Shown here piece after piece: positions 37,160 through 43,811 of a stretch of 47,357 bases of DNA. A program made the translations under genes and the position numbers. Every line of letters begins with the position of its first letter. Position 1 is the first letter of the stretch. Source of the stretch: Chitinophaga pinensis. GTDB lineage: Bacteria; Bacteroidota; Bacteroidia; Chitinophagales; LD1. The notes beneath the pieces are model-generated. The model saw only the letters and a program-made list of their open reading frames with translations. It ran no database searches and was not told the DNA's origin. Location of the stretch: assembly GCA_945867505.1 (NCBI GenBank), contig CAMBIM010000002.1:1-47357 (forward strand), in the 5' to 3' direction.

Positions 37160-37271
37160 ATGCTCTGCAATTCCAAACTTGAATAAAAGTTTAGCGTATA
37201 TGTTGATCCCCCAATGTAGTAACCTTAATACAAATCCTTACTGTACGAAATAAGGAAGGCTCTATGCACTT

Positions 37272-37448
37272 TTAATGGTTGAGTATATCATATAGGTAGG
37301 GATGCCATTGCAAATTAGTGCTATTTCTGCTTGCCGCAACACGTGGCTTCTTATACCCGCATTTTAGAATAAAGTAGATGCATCCGGTGAGCATTATAAG
37401 CAGTACCAGCCATTGGAAGAATCTTTGGGGCTCATATTTAGGGTTCAT
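37272..37448 (-). CDS. Possible 58-aa single-TM peptide
   Basis: ATG in the context TACTATGAA. One hydrophobic helix (FQWLVLLIMLTGCIYFIL). No other support. Confidence 0.25.
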   Translation of the reverse strand: MNPKYEPQRFFQWLVLLIMLTGCIYFILKCGYKKPRVAASRNSTNLQWHPYLYDILNH

Positions 37449-37589
37449 AGTAGGGTGTTTTGTTTACTGCAACAAAAAAAAACTCAAATTCTTATTTGAG
37501 AATCATAGTAATTTTTTTCCTATAAACCATAAGAGCTGAAAGAAAAGTATTGTATACGGATAGTGCATCAGTTTATATCCTTTACAACC

Positions 37590-39428
37590 CTATAAAGTGC
37601 CACTTCTCATCTTTTTTTCAAGAGCTTCCGATTTTGCAATCGCTTCCGGAATTCTGAAGGCCAATTGTTTAATAATTCCATTGCCCATGCTTTCATTTGC
37701 CTTTCTTTTCATACCTATGAAGAATGTACAGCCTTTATTCGGCTGGCTCTCCGCCCAAATTTCAAGCCCATGGGCCGTAACTATATTTTTAACAATTGAC
37801 AAACCCAAACCCGTTCCTTCAAATTCATCCTCTCGGTGCATTCTGCGAAAAGGTTTAAATAAATCAGTAGCAGTTTTCGAATCAAATCCGGCACCGTTAT
37901 CGTGTATAAAATATAAACTTTCACCCTGTTCGTTTCTGGTCATTCCTATACTCACCACTGGGTTTTCTACCTTCGAAGAATACTTAACGGCATTGGAAAT
38001 AAGGTTAACCCAAACCTGAGCACACATACCTTCATCCCCAATGCAGTCATCTAAATGCTCCAGATTAAATTGGGTAGCAACTGCATTACTGTCTTGCTGA
38101 ATTTCTTTTATGATATTTCTAATCAGTTCATTTAGGTTCACGCGTTTTTTTTCTAATTCCTTTTTGCTTATGTGTGCCAGCTTAAGCAAATCGGTAATTA
38201 TGTTGTTCATTTTCGATGCCTTGCTTTTCACTACCCCCAGCATCTCTTTAACATCAGGGTTGACATTCTCTGGTAAATATTTTTCTATAAGTGAGGCGTA
38301 ACCAATCATAGTATGCAAAGGCGAACGCAGATCGTGCGTCACAGCATAAACAAATCCTTCTAAATTATCGTTTGCCTTTTCAAGTTTTTCTGTTCTTTCT
38401 TTTACTATTCCCTCTAATTCTGAATTTATATATTCTATTCTGCTTTGCACCCCCATAAGCTCCGTAATATCGCGGGCAATGCACATATACTTCAAGGTCT
38501 CTCCTTGTTCAGTTATAAAAGGAACTATAGTGCTGTCTACCCAATAATGAGAGCCATCCTTGGCTCTGTTTTTTACTATAGCATTCCATGTTCTACCGGC
38601 TTTAATAGTATCCCACATGCCTGTAAAAAACTGTCTGGTGTGATATCCGGAATCAATCAGTTTATGTGTTTTGCCAATAATCTCCTGCTCTTCATATTTT
38701 GATGTTTCGCAAAATATTTTGTTCACGTGCGTAATTATACCCTCACTATCTGTTACGCTTATTATAGTGGTTAAGTCTAACCCCTTTTTATAACCATCTA
38801 ATTCAACATGTTGTTTTTGCTGAATTTCCATTTTCTCTTTCAGCATAGTGTTTAGCAAACTCAAACTTTTAGCCTTTTCTTTTAATTTTCTCTCATTAAT
38901 TCTCAGTTCGGTTATGTCTTGTCCATAGCCCAGTACGTGCTTAACATTACCGGTTGTGTCAAACACCGGCATAAATGTTCTGTGTATTATTACTGGTAAA
39001 CCATTTACCTCCCTCTCGTCTTCCCAAACAAATGGCTCTTTGGTTTGCAGTGCCACTTTAAATTTAGAGTGCCTGTCATCCGCAAGTATTTTATCTATAT
39101 TTTTATAAGTGCAGTAATCGTAGTCTGTTTTATTCATAACGAAATTGCGAACATTTTCATCCCTTATTGCTGCTGGATTAATGAATTTGTAGGTATGCGC
39201 AGTGTCAAATACAACCAGGTCATTGGGCAGGTGGTTTAGAATTGACTCATAAAACTCAACCTTTTGTTTGAGTTCATCAATCTCACATAGCTTATTATTT
39301 TTTGCACTGCTGTCTGAAAATCCTGAAACAAGTTTCAGGATTACTTTTTTGGGATTTAACAACATAGGCCATGTTTTGAGTAAATATACGTCAGACAGAT
39401 ACGCTTGGCAATAGGTACTCGTACTCAT
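37590..39428 (-). CDS. Soluble double-PAS sensor histidine kinase (HK4), paralogue of HK1
   Basis: The PAS modules are clearly homologous to PAS3 and PAS2 of HK1, in swapped order. H-box VYAVTHDLRSPLHTM, and HATPase_c boxes NAVKYS, DNGAGFD, GTGLGL. Confidence 0.9.
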   Translation of the reverse strand: MSTSTYCQAYLSDVYLLKTWPMLLNPKKVILKLVSGFSDSSAKNNKLCEIDELKQKVEFYESILNHLPNDLVVFDTAHTYKFINPAAIRDENVRNFVMNKTDYDYCTYKNIDKILADDRHSKFKVALQTKEPFVWEDEREVNGLPVIIHRTFMPVFDTTGNVKHVLGYGQDITELRINERKLKEKAKSLSLLNTMLKEKMEIQQKQHVELDGYKKGLDLTTIISVTDSEGIITHVNKIFCETSKYEEQEIIGKTHKLIDSGYHTRQFFTGMWDTIKAGRTWNAIVKNRAKDGSHYWVDSTIVPFITEQGETLKYMCIARDITELMGVQSRIEYINSELEGIVKERTEKLEKANDNLEGFVYAVTHDLRSPLHTMIGYASLIEKYLPENVNPDVKEMLGVVKSKASKMNNIITDLLKLAHISKKELEKKRVNLNELIRNIIKEIQQDSNAVATQFNLEHLDDCIGDEGMCAQVWVNLISNAVKYSSKVENPVVSIGMTRNEQGESLYFIHDNGAGFDSKTATDLFKPFRRMHREDEFEGTGLGLSIVKNIVTAHGLEIWAESQPNKGCTFFIGMKRKANESMGNGIIKQLAFRIPEAIAKSEALEKKMRSGTL

Positions 39429-39459
39429 AATTAACTGTCACTACCTATCATAAGCAAGC

Positions 39460-40011
39460 TTATGAATAGTAAGGCGAAATCATTAAGTAAACAATTACCC
39501 CTGTTACAGATACATATAACCACAGGGGGAAAGTATAACGTGCCCATTTCTTGTGTTTAGCGTATTCACCTGTTAAACTTCTGTAGGCCGTAAAAAGTAT
39601 GATGGGCAAAATAATAGCAGCCAGAATAATATGTGTGGTAAGTAGCACTAAATAGAACGTGCGGATACTGCCTTCGCCACCAAATTTAGTTTCACCGGCA
39701 AATAAGTGGTGCGCTATGTAAGAAACCAAAAACAAGCCCGAAAGCACAATAGCTGTAAGCATTATATTCTTATGCGCTTCATAATCCTTCTGTTTAACTA
39801 AAACAACAGCGGCAACCAATAAAACAGAAACGGTAGAATTGATAAGAGCATTAAACGTGGCAAAAATATGCGGGTTAAACGGCACCGTAACTCCGGTGCC
39901 TAAATGAATTTTAGGCAATGCAGCAACTACACAAAACACAACAGTAGACACTACCCCTATTATCCATTTAACGGTGCAGTCATTCTTTTCTAATAGCGGT
40001 TTGGGAAACAT
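39460..40011 (-). CDS. DUF420 (CtaM-like) four-TM membrane protein
   Basis: Four helices with conserved His residues (HKNIM, IAHH, TTHIILA, KHKKWARYTFPLWLYVSVTG), as in DUF420 proteins linked to haem-copper oxidase function. It lies 31 nt upstream of HK4. Confidence 0.75.
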   Translation of the reverse strand: MFPKPLLEKNDCTVKWIIGVVSTVVFCVVAALPKIHLGTGVTVPFNPHIFATFNALINSTVSVLLVAAVVLVKQKDYEAHKNIMLTAIVLSGLFLVSYIAHHLFAGETKFGGEGSIRTFYLVLLTTHIILAAIILPIILFTAYRSLTGEYAKHKKWARYTFPLWLYVSVTGVIVYLMISPYYS

Positions 40012-40173
40012 TCGTGGACTTTAATTTAGGTTTCAAATAATTTTTTTAGAAGTCTCTTTTTTCTTGGTAAAACTGAAACTGTTTCGTTTAGCGCAATAGA
40101 AAAAAATTTCACCCATCAGTTTATTTACAGTCAGGTTATATACCCCGCACTAATAGTTGCGCAGGTTTCCGTC

Positions 40174-40551
40174 TTATTCCAAACTATTACTAAAATCTGA
40201 AGCCGCAATTAAAGAATCTGGGTCCAGCTGCGTAATCCATTTTATTTTAGGGTTAATAGAGTAATAAATACATTTCCCTGCTCTTCTGGCCTGCACAACG
40301 TCAGATTCTTTCAAAATCAATAAATGCTGTGAGCACTTAGCCTGTTCAATTTTTAGTTTTTTGTAAATTTCAGTCACCCTTACTTCTCCCATTAGTGACA
40401 GTACATTAATTATCGAAACCCTCGTTGAATTTTGAATGGCACTGGCTACTGTTTTTAGCTTGTTTATTTTATCGAAATCGAAAAGCAACTCGTTTCCTTT
40501 AAAATCCTTCACCAGTAATCTATTTCTTACAACCTTAGGGGTATACTTCAT
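40174..40551 (-). CDS. ArsR/SmtB-like winged-helix transcriptional regulator
   Basis: NSTRVSIINVLSLMGEVRVTEIYKKLKIEQAKCSQHLLILKESDVVQARRAGKCIYYSIN. The start is moved to the ATG at 40551, because the listed 40620 start runs into the dyad site. Confidence 0.75.
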   Translation of the reverse strand: MKYTPKVVRNRLLVKDFKGNELLFDFDKINKLKTVASAIQNSTRVSIINVLSLMGEVRVTEIYKKLKIEQAKCSQHLLILKESDVVQARRAGKCIYYSINPKIKWITQLDPDSLIAASDFSNSLE

Positions 40552-40611
40552 AATATTAGGTATATGCTTATATTTTAATAATGCGAATGTATGGTCTCGC
40601 TTCCTGAAAGA

Positions 40612-40631
40612 AATAGGCACACCTACTCATT
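40612..40631. promoter_or_regulatory. Island dyad site (AATAGGCA-CACC-TACTCATT)
   Basis: Lies 61-80 bp upstream of the ATG at 40551. The minus-strand box TACATTCG (40584..40591) has its first T 30.5 bp from the dyad centre. Confidence 0.6.
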
Positions 40632-40953
40632 CTTAACATAAGTATGCCTTGGTTCCATTACCAATATACGCTCTACGCCACGTTTCTTCCCAGCAGGGTC
40701 TCCGCCTCGGGACCCTGCGCGCATGAAAGGCAAACCCTGTATTCGCTCGGGAGCAAGTCCGAAAACGCGGAGCATTTTTTCGGACTATTTTTTGGTTCCT
40801 TTTTTCTAACAAATGCGTTTCGCATTCATGAAATCCATAAAACATCAATTAGTATTCTGAATAAAAGGAACAAGAGAAATAACCTCCCCTATAAATAATT
40901 GAAGATTGCTTCGTCCGCAAAGCCGTCCTCGCAATGACGTAACCACACAAAAC

Positions 40954-40979
40954 AAAACCCGCACTCACGCGCGGGTTTT
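40954..40979 (-). terminator. Intrinsic terminator of the 342-aa orphan gene
   Basis: aaaacccgc-actcacgc-gcgggtttt. On the minus strand it is followed by gttttgttttg. Confidence 0.7.
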
Positions 40980-41034
40980 GTTAAGCCCCTTTAGAGCCTG
41001 TCCCGAACTCGTTTCGGGAGGGCAGGGGGTGAGG

Positions 41035-42063
41035 CTACCCAATCGTCACCTTATAATGCCCCGTCATACCAGCCACATTGGCAATCACCAAAACAGGGCG
41101 GCTCAGCGTATCATTATAACCCATCGCACCGGCACTAGTATTAACCGCACCACCTGGCGCAGCCACATCAATAGTAGTAACCGGAGGCACACCCTCAGCC
41201 GAAATACCACAACGCATCGTCACTGGTCCGGGTGTTGCACTCACCTCAATCAACACCGGTGTAGCAGCATTAATAGGCAGCGTTTTGATACTAATCACTT
41301 CCGAAGCCCCCCCGGTCAAATCACCCTCAAACTCCTGCGGCAAAGTAGCACCGCCATCCGTTGGCGGAGTTACCAATTCCAAAATACGTTCCCACACAAA
41401 TCGGTCTCTTAACGAAGCATTCTTTCTAAAAATATGCTTTCCATCCTCCATCATCTCTCGGCCATCTTTATAAATGGCATTGTTCGCATTAATCTTCACA
41501 TCCGTCTGCTCCTGCGCGTCCTGTCTGGCATCCTTATACTCGCCATACAACCCGTCAAAAATTACCTTCTTCGCATCATACGCTGCTGCAAAACCCGCGG
41601 GCATACCGCCATCGCTTACCAATACACCACTGTGCGTGGTAATAAAAGTCTTTCCCGCCTCCAGCAGCAAATCCAAATACTCCCAATTCTTAGCAAACGC
41701 CTTATCATAGTACCCCTTTCCCGCCTCCTCAATTCTTGGCTTGTAAAATGCACCTTTAAACGCTTTCACTATATACCCATCCAGCGAGTTCCACTTGTCA
41801 ATCGTTTCCTCATGTATTTCTAATAACTCTAACCGTTTCGATTCCGCATCAGCGTATCGGGCTTGTCCGTCAGGCAAAACCTTCGCTGCCTGTATAGCCG
41901 CTTTCCGCGTCACCGAAAGTCCTGGCACATAAATCGTGTTTTCGGCTGCAAATTGAGCCTCATGTTCTGCTTGGCTATCCCAAGCGGTGTTCAATCCCGA
42001 ATACAAAGCTGCCATTGGGCACTTGTAATCCGGCAATGGTCTTGGCGTGTTTTGATTTCCCAT
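41035..42063 (-). CDS. Hypothetical cytoplasmic protein (342 aa): helical N-terminal two-thirds plus beta-rich C-terminal ~110 aa
   Basis: Long ORF with its own terminator. No signal peptide and no motif I recognise. Codon third positions are visibly more G/C-rich than in flanking genes. Confidence 0.65.
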   Translation of the reverse strand: MGNQNTPRPLPDYKCPMAALYSGLNTAWDSQAEHEAQFAAENTIYVPGLSVTRKAAIQAAKVLPDGQARYADAESKRLELLEIHEETIDKWNSLDGYIVKAFKGAFYKPRIEEAGKGYYDKAFAKNWEYLDLLLEAGKTFITTHSGVLVSDGGMPAGFAAAYDAKKVIFDGLYGEYKDARQDAQEQTDVKINANNAIYKDGREMMEDGKHIFRKNASLRDRFVWERILELVTPPTDGGATLPQEFEGDLTGGASEVISIKTLPINAATPVLIEVSATPGPVTMRCGISAEGVPPVTTIDVAAPGGAVNTSAGAMGYNDTLSRPVLVIANVAGMTGHYKVTIG

Positions 42064-42138
42064 TTTTCTTGTTTTTTGGTTAATGCATTTTTTTTCATAA
42101 AAAATATGCCACCTCGCGTTCCCTCACCAAAAAACAGT

Positions 42139-42369
42139 ATTCGCCTTGACAAAATTTCCATTCGCCTCGACAATTTTTCCATTCGCCTTGTCAATTTTTC
42201 CATTCGCCTTACCAAAATCTTCATTCTCCTCACCCAATCATCCCTCCGCCCAGCTCACATTTCTCTTCGCCTTGCTCAAATTTTCATTCGCCCCGTCCAA
42301 ATTAATCTTCACCTTTTTCAAACTTCCATTCTATTACACTAAATCAATCTTCGCATCAACTATTCTTTA
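42139..42369. repeat. Eleven head-to-tail 21-bp repeats (consensus attcgccttgacaaaatttcc)
   Basis: Units start every 21 bp from 42139. The first four are near-identical and later ones decay. The array lies 76-306 bp upstream of the orphan gene start. Confidence 0.85.
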
Positions 42370-42561
42370 ATTTCCCACACGGCTACCATCATACTTGTTT
42401 GTTCAGTTGTTGTTGTTCTGCCACCATCAACAAATTCTTCGCGCCCACATATCCTCATGCGCTCAGTCACCACCCTCCCCAAACCTTTACTATTTAGTAA
42501 CATACTTTTAATTTTCAAAGCCATTTTCGGGCACACTTTCGCGCCCACAACAAAATACACT

Positions 42562-43803
42562 ATGCAAAAGAAAATTTACTCCCTCCTGCTTATCAGCATC
42601 CTCACCCTTTCGGCTTTTGCTTCGCAAGAGCGCAAAGTTTTAATAATTGGTATTGACGGCACCCGCAGCGATGCGCTTCAACAGGCCAACACCCCCAACA
42701 TAGATGCACTGATTGCTAACGGTCTCTTTACTTACGATGCCTGGCATTGTGGTATTACCGTTTCCGGTCCTTCATGGTCTACTATCATGACTGGTGTTTG
42801 GTGGAACAAGCACGGTGTTACCTCTAACACTTACACCGGCAGTAATTATACCGACTACCCTTATTTCCCTACCCTGGCAAAACAACTATTGCCTAATCTG
42901 CACTGCGTGCAGGTAACCGAATGGGCACCCATGAGCGATAACGTTTACAACGATGGTTGGGACTTAAAGCTAAAAACACCGGATGGCGATGGCGCAGCCA
43001 CAGCAGCCGTGGCTTCTACTCAACTAGCTACCGATTCTCTCGATTGTATGTTCGTATATTTCGATGCCGTAGATTTAACCGGTCACTCTTCCGGCTTTTC
43101 GCCCACCAATCCTTCCTACATTCAGGCTATAGAAAACGTAGATGATAAAGTAGGTATTGTATTAAACGCTTTATATGCCCGCCCTAACTATGCTAACGAA
43201 AACTGGTTAGTGCTCGTGATTACCGACCATGGCGGAATAGGCACCGGTCACGGTGGTATTACCTTTGAAGAGCGTCACATTTGGTGGGTTGCTTCGGGTA
43301 AAGATGTAACGCATCAGCAAATTACTGCAGCCGACCCGGGCACTTACAACTTACTGGGTTCAGGAATATTTAATCAAAGCGGAGTAAACCAAACTTTATT
43401 AAAATCATCACCTGTGCAGGCAGATATTGCTATTACAGCACTTCATCACTTAATTTACGAAACCGGTATTCAGCCGGAAACGTATCCTTTTTGGGTAGGC
43501 TTAGATGGCAAGAGCTGGCTAAGTGTATTTAATGGGGTAGATAATGTGGCGAAAGAAGATAACATTAAAGTGCTTCCTAACCCTAGTAATGGCATTACTA
43601 CATTTTGGTTCGAGAACGAACAAAAGCAAAACGTAACTATTGAAGTGTTTGATATGCTGGGTAGAAATGTAAAGAGCTTTGCAAACTTAGAAGCAGGCAA
43701 CAGCGCAAATATCGACTTGTCGGGTATAGACTGCGGTTCTTATATTGCCAAAGTAAAGATTGGTGCGCAAACGCTTACCAGAAAAATACAAGTGCAATAC
43801 TAA
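42562..43803 (+). CDS. Secreted alkaline-phosphatase-superfamily phosphodiesterase (NPP-like) with T9SS C-terminal sorting domain
   Basis: The ATG at 42562 gives the signal peptide MQKKIYSLLLISILTLSAFA. VLIIGIDGTRSDAL (nucleophile Thr motif) and ITDHGG. C-terminal KVLPNPSNGITTFWF...GSYIAKVKIG...KIQVQY. Confidence 0.8.
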   Translation: MQKKIYSLLLISILTLSAFASQERKVLIIGIDGTRSDALQQANTPNIDALIANGLFTYDAWHCGITVSGPSWSTIMTGVWWNKHGVTSNTYTGSNYTDYPYFPTLAKQLLPNLHCVQVTEWAPMSDNVYNDGWDLKLKTPDGDGAATAAVASTQLATDSLDCMFVYFDAVDLTGHSSGFSPTNPSYIQAIENVDDKVGIVLNALYARPNYANENWLVLVITDHGGIGTGHGGITFEERHIWWVASGKDVTHQQITAADPGTYNLLGSGIFNQSGVNQTLLKSSPVQADIAITALHHLIYETGIQPETYPFWVGLDGKSWLSVFNGVDNVAKEDNIKVLPNPSNGITTFWFENEQKQNVTIEVFDMLGRNVKSFANLEAGNSANIDLSGIDCGSYIAKVKIGAQTLTRKIQVQY

Positions 43804-43811
43804 ATTGAGGA

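Larger units (their letters stand above)
37001..37161. repeat. Copy 2 of the ~160-bp duplicated regulatory module
   Basis: Same element order as copy 1. It retains a 4-codon relic of the XRE start (ATGAACCAATTTTAG) that reads toward the receiver-only regulator gene. Confidence 0.85.

Noticed and set aside
40552-40620. 23-codon extension of the ArsR-like ORF.
   Set aside because: It would begin inside dyad site 40612..40631 and cover the predicted -7 box. The ATG at 40551 (MKYTPKV...) fits the promoter geometry.
40633-40898. 71-aa (-) and 84-aa (+) ORFs overlapping each other.
   Set aside because: They are mutually overlapping on opposite strands inside a hairpin-dense spacer. They have Arg-rich, odd compositions, and the minus ORF would start beyond the ArsR promoter dyad.
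40906-41412. 168-aa plus-strand ORF rich in Arg/His/Thr/Ser/Asn.
   Set aside because: It is antisense to the better-supported 342-aa gene and runs through that gene's terminator. The composition is typical of the wrong strand of a GC-rich gene.
41863-42370. ORFs 41863..42342 (+), 42146..42370 (+) and 41991..42233 (-), which encode heptad-repeat peptides.
   Set aside because: They are translations of the 21-bp repeat, which stays open in several frames on both strands. Two of them overlap the 5' end of the 342-aa gene in antisense or out of frame. One starts at GTG directly after an in-frame stop.
42457-42561. 35-codon extension of the phosphodiesterase ORF.
   Set aside because: The extension has no signal-peptide character, whereas the ATG at 42562 starts a textbook signal peptide (MQKKIYSLLLISILTLSAFA).
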